From Tubulanus polymorphus (Eukaryota > Animalia > Nemertea): a DNA stretch of 64,000 nucleotides. The notes under the pieces are model-generated. The model was not told the origin of the DNA. It made no database searches and saw only the letters and a program-made list of their open reading frames with translations. The stretch lies in assembly GCF_964204645.1 (NCBI RefSeq), contig NC_134031.1:16045807-16109806 (forward strand), written 5' to 3'. Each line of letters starts with the position of its first letter. The first letter of the stretch is position 1. A program made the position numbers and the translations under genes. Shown here in pieces: positions 1 to 10,571 of this stretch.

Positions 1-3000
1 TCTAAGTCACCAGAGAAGAAAATAAAAACGCCTTCGACATCATCAACATCAGCGACGTCTTCCACATCTGTATCTTCTTCCAGTACAAAAGATAAGAATC
101 GCGAAAATGAAAGGAAAGATATGTCGAAAAAAGATATCAGCAAATCATCATCATCGTCGTCGTCGTCATCATCATCGGCTACGAATTCACTTGAAAAGAA
201 AGTTGACGATAAAGCCAAGATTGAAATGGAAAAAGAACGCAAACGGGAAGAAAATGATGTAAAGAAAGTCGACAAGAATAAACTCAAAGATAGTAGAATG
301 GATAAGGTTAAAGTTGACAGTGGTAAATTTGTGAAAGATAAGAAGGATAGTAAATCCTCTGACGTGAAGAATGACAAAAAGCATGAAAAAGTAAAAAGTA
401 ATCGAATTGACATGGAAAAAAAGGAAATCAAAGTTAGTAAGCCAGTTGATCCACGGTGTAAAGATGATGATTCAAAAAAGGAAAAGAAATCGGAGTCTAA
501 AAATTCTGAAGATGCCCAACAACACGGCAAGACCAAGTCTAACGAAGGAAAGATTAAAGAAGAAGAACCAAAGAAAAGTTCGAAAGATGATGAAATTAAG
601 AAAAGCAAACCGGATTCAAAAATTGAGAAAAAGGATAGTAAAAATAAACTAAATGAGGCTAAGGGTAAGGAAGACCATTCAAAAAAGGAAGAAAAGAAGA
701 CAGATGTGAAGAAGCCTGTCACTTCATCTTCAAAAATCGAAAAAACGAATGATGAGCAGAAATTAAAGTTTTCAAAAACTGGAAATAAAGACAATAAACC
801 TGACCAAAAAGAATCCGACTTGAAGAAAATTGCTGAAGAGAAGGATAAGAAAAAGAAGCAAGAAAAGGAAAAGAATGATAAGAAGGGTGATAAGAAAAAG
901 GATTCAAAAAAGGACCGTAAGGATAAAGATCATGATGGTAAAGGTCCTGACGGATCGGGAAAGGATAAACCGAAAGATAATGATCACGACAAAGATAAAG
1001 AAAACCGAGAGAAAGATCGCGAAAAGAAAGATGATCGAAACGACGGCAGAGAACAAAAAGATAAAAGCAAGGATGAAACGAAAGATAAAGAGGCCGATAG
1101 TGGTAATAATAACAAAGAGGGTAAGAAAAAAATGAAAGATGACCGAAAAAAGAAAGAAAAAGAAAAGAAGGACGTGGTTGTAGACGACCCGACTAACGAG
1201 GACTGGCTCAAGAATATCCTTTTAGACGAACCGGAACAGTTCACGTCTATGTACGATAAAATCAAACGACGGTCGAGTAAAGAAGCTCCGAAAACAGGCA
1301 ATGATAACGATGGGCATAAGTTCAAACAGCAGAAACGTAGCGGGAAGAATAACAACAAAAAGAGTAAGATGCCGGTGCGAATAGACTCCGACGATTCGGA
1401 TTCAGAGAATTCCGATAATTCCATCGATGTCCCCAAGCGAAACAACAAAAAGAAAAAGATGGCGTTCGACTCCGATGAGTCGGATCTGGAGATATTTCGC
1501 GCGGCGCGACAAAAGAAGAAATCTACAATGAATAAATCAGCATTTCTGTCACAAGATTCCGACGAGTCGGACTTGGAAATAATACGCAATAAGAAGAAAA
1601 ACAATGTGAAAACGATCATGCACGATTCCGATGCCTCGGACCTAGAGCTTTTTCGTGCAGCTCGCAATAAGAAGAAAATTTTGCATAAAACTGCCACGAT
1701 AACCCGCGATTCCGACGATTCAGACCTCGAATTACTGAGAATGGCTCGTAAGAAGAAAAAGAACCTGCCAAAGACCCAAGCGAGTGCTAAGTTATTCATC
1801 AGTAGTACTTCAAGCAGTGACAGCGATGATGATCTCATCTTGCCGACGAAAAAGAAGCCCTTACCGCCTGTTGTTAATAAGAAGGAGAAGAAGGCTGATA
1901 ACGCGATATACAGCAGTTCTGATTCCGAATCATTCACGCCGGTTAAATCTTCGAAATTGAAAGATCATAATAACAAGTCTGGCAAGAAGTCGATTTTGGC
2001 GAAATTAGACATGGAGTCGTCTTCGTCGGATGAAGATGATGATGATATTAAGCTGCCGCATCCTAAGAAGACCGTTACAGAATCTAAACCAAAAGTTCAC
2101 AAGAAGGAAGTGAAACGAGACGAAAGTAAAGACAAATCTAAATTGATAAAAGAAAAGTCGCCGAATAAGTTGATAAAACTGGCCGATTTGGTGAAAGAAG
2201 AGAAATCACTCAATAAGAAAGACCTTTTGAAGAAAAAGGTTGTTCAGAAAGTACACCATGTTAGTAATGATTTACACCTAAAGTCGGATATGAAGAACAA
2301 CAAAAAAGTCAAGAAAGACAAAAAGGAGTTTTCGGAAAATTCAGAGTGTACAGTCAAATCGGAGACAATCATGGATAAGAAGAAATCAAGTGAAACATTG
2401 CCCGATCATAGAAAACGTACCGAGTCCGGTGACCGTAAAACGAAAGATGATAAAATGCTAGGTCCACCCGTACTCGTAATGGAACCTAAAGACGATCAGA
2501 ATAAACAACGCAAAGACGTGAAGAAAAAGAAGAAGGAAAAGAAACGCACGAAGAGCGTTGACGAGAAAGATAAGACGGAATCCGTGAAAGAGTCCTTGCC
2601 TCCTGAAATAAATGCGGAAATTATCTCGTCGAATGTTCGATTGGGTGGAGTGTCTAATCTGAATAATGACAATGATGATTCTGGAGTTCCATTCTTTTCG
2701 TCTTCGCTGATAGCTGACGATGACCTTTCACCACCTGATCTCACAAAAAGTGAAGAACCGACGGATAAATTAGAATGGATTCCGGCTGGTGTCACTAGTA
2801 GTAGCACGCACGATGTGTCCGATGATCTGAAAAAGTCGAATAAACATAAGAAGAAACAACATGTCGAAATCGATAAAACAAAGCACAGAAAGAAACCGAA
2901 GCCGGACGCCTTGAAGAAATTGGAAAGAGGTTTGCACGCTTCGGATACAGAGGGTGATATGTTTGAGAAGGTATCCATCTCGGAAAAGTCAGATGATCCG

Positions 3001-4000
3001 TTAGGAATTGACGATTCTTCGAATCTGGTCATAAGCGAAAAGGAAGAAACGGTAATCAGCGATTTTAACGTACCGTTCAGTGACATCGAAGCGTCGATGG
3101 CCGCGCCCGTGTTCTTAGTTAACAAGGTCGAACAAGAATCCGTTCAAGTCGACCACGTGATCCATTCGGTTGAAGAGACCGTGTCGACTACGTATCAAGA
3201 GCCGGAGGTCGACGCCGCGACTCAGTTGGCGCGCGCCGTGTCAGAATTACAGAAAGATGAACAGAAGCGTTACACGCCGGAGCCGCAGCTCATCGAAGAG
3301 GTGCCCGAATACCTGCACCTCGAACCGGTACCCGATCCCGAACAGTACCCGCAGGAGACGACCGTCTTCCAACAAGAAACCGACGACGCGGTCGCCGCTC
3401 TGATGGGTATGGAAACGACGATCGTTGACGCGACGCCTCCGATCGTGCCGGATACGCGTTTGCCGTTCAACGCGTCCGAGCAGCCGACTCCTGAGAAATC
3501 GTTCGCCGATCGATCGTACGACGGCGCCGATAAGTCATACGAAGTAACCGACGAACAACCGTATCTGATTGAAGAAGAAAAAGTGCCGGTTCCTCCGAGA
3601 ACGCCCGAAGTAGTGATCGAAACGCCGAAGAAAACTGTCGTCGCTTCTTCTTCGTCGTCATCGTCACTGGCAGAATCGGCGATTATCACGAGTAGCGATA
3701 TCGATACGAAACCGTTGGGCGGTACGGTGTTAGCTATACCAGAACACCCCGATGGAAAGGCGCAGAAGGCCCCAGCCGCCATCCCGCTGGCGACTGTGTG
3801 CGTGAAACCACCGGAACAAGAACAACAACAAGAGCCGACGACGGACCTCGATACGTCGTTCACAACGGATCAGTGGTCGGAACCGGAAACGCCTGCTAAA
3901 CGAAAACGCAAAACCAAGCAACCCAAAGCCAGAAGTAGGAGGGATAGCAGACGCAGCTCAAGCAAAGAAGAACTGTTCCCTGAGCTTACTATTGAAGAAG
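1..4000 (+). CDS. SPEN: SPEN exon (large K/D/E/S-rich low-complexity exon, open from window start)
   Basis: Frame open from nt 1; donor GAAG|GTAGAT at 4001, phase 1. Confidence 0.9.
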
Positions 4001-7000
4001 GTAGATATCATAGATTTTCATTTGGTTCAATATTCGATCGTAGATATTGAATGAATTGTCATTATTTTATGCCTATTTTCTAGATACCGATCGTGTAAAA
4101 GACACCGAGGTCCAAGAAGAGCCAGCCTTGACGAATTACACGCCCCAGAAAGTTCATTCTACTGAATCGGAGAAAACGGGTACTCCTACTGCACCGCTGG
4201 AAAAAGATGACGCGCCATCAGCCGAATCAACTATCGTGGAGCCACACAAGTCAATGGCTCTTCCTTCAAAGCCAATTCCGAGTATCATGGATGATCCATG
4301 CGATGACTTTGAACCGGAATCTCCTGGTGCCTTGCACATCGATATGTCTGGTATTGAAGGTGACGAAAATGAAGCTCCAGATAATGATGATTCTGTCGCT
4401 GAAAGTTCTGAATTATCTCAGGTATGTTATATTCGACGAAGTCTGATGGTCTTATTGACGTCATCAGTTGTCAGGATGGCCATTGACCTGGGAAGGGAAA
4501 CTCATAGAATCAGAAAAGCCTATGAAGAGTTTGGGAAAATTCAGGGAATTCGACAAATTTTGCAAAAGACCTGGAAAAATTACGGAATTTGGATATGTTT
4601 ATTGACCGCATGTTTATTTATCCCATGTGATTCATTAGAAATGATAAATTGTAGAATTTTAAACCAAAAAATTCCTCTGATTTACGCCTCGGGAATTTTC
4701 TATTATAACATGGGAAAATTGGGGAATTTGTAAATTGGCGGAAAGTGACTACTCTGATTGTTCAAGTTTTCAATCTAATCGTTCTTGTTCTTACAGTTGT
4801 CCAATCAGCATACGCCGTCTGCCCGTCGTAAAGGCAAACGTAACAGACGTAACAACCAACGTAAAGATACTCGTCAGCGACCTGTTGCCGTCGTCGCACC
4901 GAATGAAATCGCTCCCACTCCCGAGAAAGTCGAAGAATTTCCCTCGAACATTCTGCAAGAAGAAAATCTCGAAAAAGACCCGAAGTTTTCCGAATCGAGT
5001 TCCGAAAGTTTTTACAGCGAGGAGAAAAGTCCGCGTATACTTTCAAAAGACAGTCCGCGTTCGGTGAGTCCGCGCGCCGGGCTGTTCCTCGATCGCGATA
5101 GCCCACGCCGTAAGAGCCCCGGACGTCAAGGTAACGTGACGCCGCCGATTTCGGATATAAAATCGCGATTGCGACCCGTCAGCAAACGTCGCCGGTCGCG
5201 CCGGTGTTCGTTCCCGGAGTACGACGATCGTGAGATCGTGCGCGACGCTCAAATACACGAAAAAGACGCGGACATCGACGCGATTGTCCGCGAAAAGAAA
5301 CTCAGCGAGTACGACTTCCGAGACGACGACGAAGCTCTCGAGCCGACCGCATCGTTCAAAGAATTCGAAAGTAAAATGGAGCGATTCGAAAAGCTGGAGC
5401 CGTTCACCAAGTTGGAGATCAAGGAGGACTTCATGAACGAGAAAGACGATCAAGATATGGAGAAGTGGACGGAAGTTTCGTTGACGGATAACGGTATCAA
5501 ACTGAAGCGCCATCGCAGGAATAAAGTACGCGTCGGTCGCGTGTTGGAGAATGTTCCACCGATCAGTAAAATGGATATCGCCGCCGATCTGGCCAATAAA
5601 CTGCCGACCCCGCCATCCGAAAGCGGAAAAGAATTATTGCCACCGTACGTAAAACTCGAGAAGCTTCAGATCGTCGAGGAAAAATTGAAAAAGGAAGATC
5701 CGAAAACAAAAGAGGACGAGGAAGACCAGAAAATAGTCGCGGTCGAAGCGCAGGCCGATGCCGCTCCGGTGCCAGTCGAAGAAAGTAAAGTGGTCATACA
5801 GATGAAACCCGATGCTGCTGCAGCTGCGGTCGAGCAGTTGGCGCCGACGCTGTTATCGACACCTGTTTCGGCGCCGGTTGCCGCAGCCGGCGGGAAAGAT
5901 CGTAAAAGCCGGCGCAATCGTAGAAAGAAGAGCTATCAGGGTGGCGCCGCGAGTCAAGCCGGCGGAGCCGACGAGCACAACGTCGATCTGTACGAATTCC
6001 GCGACGATTCCGAGTTGCAAGCGGAGGTTATCGAAATGGCGGCGCGAGCGGCGATCGAAGCCGCTGAGGATCATAAAGAAGGCGCACAAACCGGCAATGC
6101 GGTTCCTGCATCCGATGCGAAACCGGTCGCCGGAACTCCCGATCGCGAACTGATGCCGCCTCCTATCGGCACGTCGACCTCGATGACGATGTTGAAATCA
6201 CCGCCGGCCGTTTCCAGCGCAGCGCATCAGACGAAATCTCCGCAACATATCAGCGGCCTCGATCAGGTTCTGATGGAAGAGGCGCGGTCGCCGTGTATTT
6301 CGTCGGACGGCAATCACTCGCAGGACGAACACGCTCTCGTCATCGATCGCGAACGACACGACAGCCACAGCAGCTCGGACCACGTCGAAGCGCACGTGCC
6401 GCCCGTGAAGGAGAAACGCCGACGAAAGAAAGAGAAGAAGGACAAGGAGAAGAAGGAAGGCGAAAGCGGCGAGACGTCGGTCGCGACGACGACCGCCGCG
6501 CCGCCGACCGCGAAAGAGAAAATGGACGAGGCGATGAAAAACGAGTTTCTCAGTAACATCGATCGGATCATCGAAGAAGTGTCGCGAGGGAACTTCGATA
6601 ACAAGTCGATCGAAGACGACCCGGACGCGCCGCCTCGTAGACGCGGTTCACGGTCCAGTAGTAAACACGACATTCCACACGCGGAGAAACCGGTGGTTTC
6701 TAGTACACCAACAGCCGTAATACAACCTCTACACCAAGGTATTAATCACTCCATCTTGTTATCAGGGTTTTTACTGATCAGGGAAATCAGGGAATTCTGG
6801 ATTTGTTATCTCCTGTACTTGGGGGGGGGGGGAAATCAGGGAATTCAGAAGGGATTTGAACTGAAGGACCCAGTTCCACAGTTGTGAGTTAAGATTTGTC
6901 TCGTGAGTTAACTTATTGAAATTGAACTAATTTTAACAGTTAACTCTAACTCAGAACTGTGGAACTGGATCAATGTGTCTTGTTCTTGCTGGTGATTTGT

Positions 7001-10000
7001 GGCACTAGGAAACTCTTATGAAGAAACAGCCCTCACTAAGGATATCTTACTATTTAACCAAGGAATTTTGGTTAAGGGTCAGGGAAATAGGGAATTTAGA
7101 ATTCCTTGATCTGATCTGTAAGAACCACTTCTTATTCGAAAATTGCTGATTATTTATGAAAGAGTCTAATATCTTATACAATTACTTTCAGGTCCTCCTT
7201 TACCTCCTCAGAATCCATTGGTCGCTTTACAACAGCAAGGATTCTCGATACCTTCGATGGACGCGATGCAGGAGAAATCCGACGTTCCGGCGACATCGAA
7301 GTCCGACACGCACGGCGGTAATCAACCTTCGGTCGTTCACCAGTCGAACCATCGAAACGAACGAGAACGAGAGCGCGACACGTGTCGCCCGCCGTTTCCA
7401 GGGCATCATCCGCATTTACCGAATCAGCACGGAGACAAGAGCGTCATCTCGCCGATCACGCCGTCAACGCCGGTTTCGCAATATCAGGAGAGCATGAGTC
7501 GTATACAACACCAAGTAGCCGTGTCTCAAGCCGGTCAACCGGCGGCGATGAAGTCGCCGATCGGCGAACCGCAACACCCGCCCGTCGGCCAACCGTTCCC
7601 GCGTCCGGAGGAGTTAGGAAAGTTACCGCCGGGCGTCCCGGTGTCGTCGCATCAGTTGTTGCAGGACACGCACGCCGGCCGCCACCACATGATCGGCTAC
7701 CCGTCGTCGGAACGTAGCGCCATCGAGAGACAAGTTCAAATGGAACGCTGCAATGACGAGCGTCGGTTGAGCGACCCGATGATGGATCGCGGACTGCCGC
7801 CCGGCGACCGTTTGACGCCGCAATCGGCTCACTACACGCAGTCGCAGTTCGGCGACCGCGTTCCGCCGCCGCACCACGGGCAGGAACGCGTGTTCAACTT
7901 TCAACACGACCGTCCTCCGCCGGGTAGTCTGTCGCGGCCGCCGCCCGAACGCTCGCCCGGCGGTCACCATCCGAACGACCGTTTGATGCCGCAGCAAGAG
8001 CGTCAACCGTCGAAATCGCCGACCGGTAAGATGTCGCCGCGTTCCGCGATGGGCGTGCACGTCGGCGTCGTGAAGGGACAGCCGTATCCCATCGGACAAC
8101 GAGAGACGCTTCAAGGACAAGTGATCGAACGCGTTCCGAATCCGAACAATGGACAAGAACCGCCGAAACTACACAGTCCGAAAGGTGGAAATCAACCGTT
8201 ACTGTCTCCAGACCAATGTAAGTATCAGATTGAACTTAGTTTGTTTATGTGCATTAATTTGCGACAAACGTGCATTAATTCGTGACATATTTTAACTTAT
8301 TTCTTATGAAATCAAGGACCCAGTTCCACAGTTGATTTGACTCTGAATTAACTCGTTGAATATGAACTAGTTTTAACTCGGAGTTAACTCTAGCTGTTGA
8401 ACTGGATCCAGTAATTTGTGATATTTTCTCGTCTTTTATTGGATTGCGTATTTTTTTGTAGTGAAACGCGATCAGCTTCACGCTCAACAGATGGCGTACG
8501 TGAAAAACAGCGAACTGCGCGCGATGTTGAGTCAGCCGTCGCGTCTCGCCGCGCAACACCAGCAACTCATACAACAACAACTACATCCGCCGAACGCCGA
8601 ACATCACCGCCATTCGCCGAACACGGCGCAACATCGGATGCCATTCGCGATCCAGGACCGGCCATCGCACGCCGAGCCAAAGGGTCCGCTCGACCCGCGA
8701 CACGCGCACGAAGCGAAACTGATGAACGACGTCGCTGTTCGTCATCCAGGCGTGAGCGCGTTCACGTCGCCCGACGTGCGCATGCCTCATCCGGATCATC
8801 ATCCGAATCTACCGCCGGGTCATATCTTTCATCCGGAACTCGGTTTACAACATCCCGGTACGTTCTTACAGAATTTTGTTTGCAATAATTCATGACGATT
8901 CCGCTTCTGGGCGGCCACTGTCTGACCTGGAAAACCTGGAAAAAGTCAGGAATTGGAAAAAAATTATAGGAAATAATCAGGGAATTTGACAAATTTTACC
9001 AAAAACCTGTAAGACTGGAGGGAATTCTGGTAATGCTATTGACCCAATGTTTCTTTATCAATACATGATTCAATGAAAAGTTAATGAATTGTAACATTTG
9101 GAAACCTAAACATTTCTCAGATTCACTCAGGGAGTTTTGTGTAATCACTGGAAAACTCAGGGGAATTGTAAATGAAAAGTGGCGGCACCCTGCACTAAAT
9201 GTTGTGGTTCAGCTCAAATGGATTTCTATATTTCGTCGTTTATTTCACAGGTATGCCGCCGTATCTCGGTGTTCCGCGAATGGGGATGGACCCGCGAATG
9301 ATCTTCCCTCCCGGACAGCCACCGCCCGAGTATATCACTCACCAAGGGCAGCTGATGGTCGCGCCGCAGCAATACCTGCACCCGGATAACCGATTGACAC
9401 CCGAAACGCGGCCACCATCGCGCCCGCTCTCAGCCCACGGGCCTCCACCCGGGCGTCCTCCGCTGCCAGAGCTTCCTAACCATCCAGACTCGCTGATGGT
9501 TTTACTGCAGGTTAGTATCCTTCGGTTAGCTTCACGAATAAACGCTAGAAAATTATAAGGAATACTCAAAAATCAGGAAAATCTTAACAAAATAAGGCAT
9601 AACTGAGGGAATTTGACAAATTTTGTCAAAAACCTGGAAAATTCAGGGAATTTGTAAATGGTTGGGAAGTAGTTAGTTACCCTGTGTTACAACTGAAGTC
9701 GTCATTATTTAATTTGTCATTGAATGATTGTTTCAGAAATACCCAGTCATGTGGCAAGGCATCCTGGCGTTGAAGAACGATAACGCGGCCGTGCAAATGC
9801 ACTTCGTCTCCGGGAACAGTACGTTAGTGAAACTATCGATGCCCGGTATCATCGAGGGTTTACCGGCTCCTCTACGAATAGCGCAACGAATGAGACTCGA
9901 GCCGACCCAACTGGACGGCGTTTCTAAACGAATGCAGGTTAGTGTTTGTAATGTTGCAGGGGTCAGGGGAATATCGCAGAATTTCGGATTCGCTGATTTG

Positions 10001-10571
10001 TATGAACCCTGAAATTCAACGTTTATCCTTAAACTCTTTCGATTTTTTTCGTACAACTGAAACTCATGCAAATATTCAAATTCGGTCTTGTCTTTTTAGA
10101 ACGACGAGGATTATTGTATGTTATTGGCGTTACCGTGCGGCCGCGATCACATCGACGTGATGCAACAAACCAGACAGTTAACAATCGGATTTATCGACTA
10201 CCTACGACAAAAACAGGCAGCCGGAATTGTCAACGTGCCAGGTCCCGGTTCCAATCAGGTATGTAATGATAGAAATACGTTTTCTATCTAACTTTTAGAT
10301 TCTTTACTCGGACAATTTTGCGAGTCCCTGTTAGTTGAGTTAACTGTTGATGAATGAATCAATTATTTCGAAATTATGACTTTTCTAATCATAAATCGTA
10401 TTCCTAACTCTGATTTTCTCTGTTTTTTTGCAGACGGCCTACGTCGTGCATATCTTCCCGCCGTGTGAGTTCTCGCGAGCGAATCTCGCGCAGCTAGCTC
10501 CCGACCTACTGCAGAGCGTCGCCGGCGTCACCGAGGTCGCTCACCTGCTCATAGTGATCGCGACCGTGTGA
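1..10571 (+). CDS. SPEN: Split ends / SPEN (SHARP, Msx2-interacting protein)-like transcriptional corepressor; 5'-partial, 9 exons
   Basis: Exons 1-4000, 4084-4421, 4797-6738, 7192-8217, 8462-8857, 9251-9510, 9737-9937, 10100-10258 and 10434-10571 join through GT-AG introns into one open frame (8460 nt). The C-terminus is a typical SPEN SPOC domain (KYPVMWQGILALKND...LRIAQRMRLE...YLRQKQAAGIVNV...HIFPPCEFS...HLLIVIATV*). The N-terminal RRMs lie upstream of the window. Confidence 0.95.
4084..4421 (+). CDS. SPEN: SPEN exon
   Basis: Acceptor ttttctag, donor CAG|GTATGT; encodes DTDRVKD...SELSQ. Confidence 0.88.
4472..4756. mobile_element. Non-autonomous DNA transposon (hAT-like, CAGGGTGGCCACT-type ends) in SPEN intron
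   Basis: Degenerate TIRs caggatggccatt ... agtgactactctg; internal CAGGGAATT / CCTGGAAAA repeats shared with 8907-9192. Confidence 0.6.
4797..6738 (+). CDS. SPEN: SPEN exon
   Basis: Acceptor ttcttacag, donor AAG|GTATTA; matches ORF 4785-6887. Confidence 0.9.
6763..7129. mobile_element. hAT-like non-autonomous element with a nested MITE
   Basis: Ends cagggtttttac ... gtaagaaccact; internal cagggaaatcagggaatt repeats. Confidence 0.55.
6867..6971. mobile_element. ~105 bp MITE (GACCCAGTTCCACAGT TIR family)
   Basis: TIRs gacccagttccacagtt / aactgtggaactggatc; homologous copies at 8317 and 23511. Confidence 0.8.
7192..8217 (+). CDS. SPEN: SPEN exon (P/Q/H-rich)
   Basis: Acceptor actttcag, donor AAT|GTAAGT. 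Confidence 0.9.
8317..8408. mobile_element. MITE, same family
   Basis: gacccagttccacagtt ... ctgttgaactggatc. Confidence 0.75.
8462..8857 (+). CDS. SPEN: SPEN exon
   Basis: Acceptor tttttgtag, donor CCG|GTACGT. Confidence 0.88.
8907..9192. mobile_element. hAT-like non-autonomous element in SPEN intron
   Basis: Ends ctgggcggccact ... agtggcggcaccctg; same family as 4472-4756. Confidence 0.65.
9251..9510 (+). CDS. SPEN: SPEN exon (Pro-rich, leading into SPOC)
   Basis: Acceptor tttcacag, donor CAG|GTTAGT. Confidence 0.9.
9560..9684. mobile_element. Truncated copy of the same hAT-like family
   Basis: gggaatttgacaaattttgtcaaaaacctggaaaattcagggaatttgtaaat...accctg matches the other copies; left boundary approximate. 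Confidence 0.55.
9737..9937 (+). CDS. SPEN: SPEN SPOC domain exon 1
   Basis: KYPVMWQGILALKNDNAAVQMHFVSG...RIAQRMRLEPTQL. Confidence 0.95.
10100..10258 (+). CDS. SPEN: SPEN SPOC domain exon 2
   Basis: NDEDYCMLLALPCGRDHIDV...FIDYLRQKQAAGIVNVPGPGSNQ; not given in this frame in the ORF track. Confidence 0.95.
10434..10571 (+). CDS. SPEN: SPEN terminal coding exon (end of SPOC)
   Basis: TAYVVHIFPPCEFSRANLAQLAPDLLQSVAGVTEVAHLLIVIATV*, TGA at 10569-10571. Confidence 0.95.
   Translation, partial: TAYVVHIFPPCEFSRANLAQLAPDLLQSVAGVTEVAHLLIVIATV

Noticed and set aside
4001-4083. ORF-track extensions of SPEN exons (ends at 4050, 4733, 6887, 8285)
   Set aside because: These are read-through into introns; clean GT-AG sites restore a single frame
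187-8156. Many long antisense or alternate-frame ORFs over SPEN (e.g. 984-1937, 2496-3125, 3270-3863, 7623-8156)
   Set aside because: Shadows of low-complexity or GC-rich SPEN codons, with no recognisable domains
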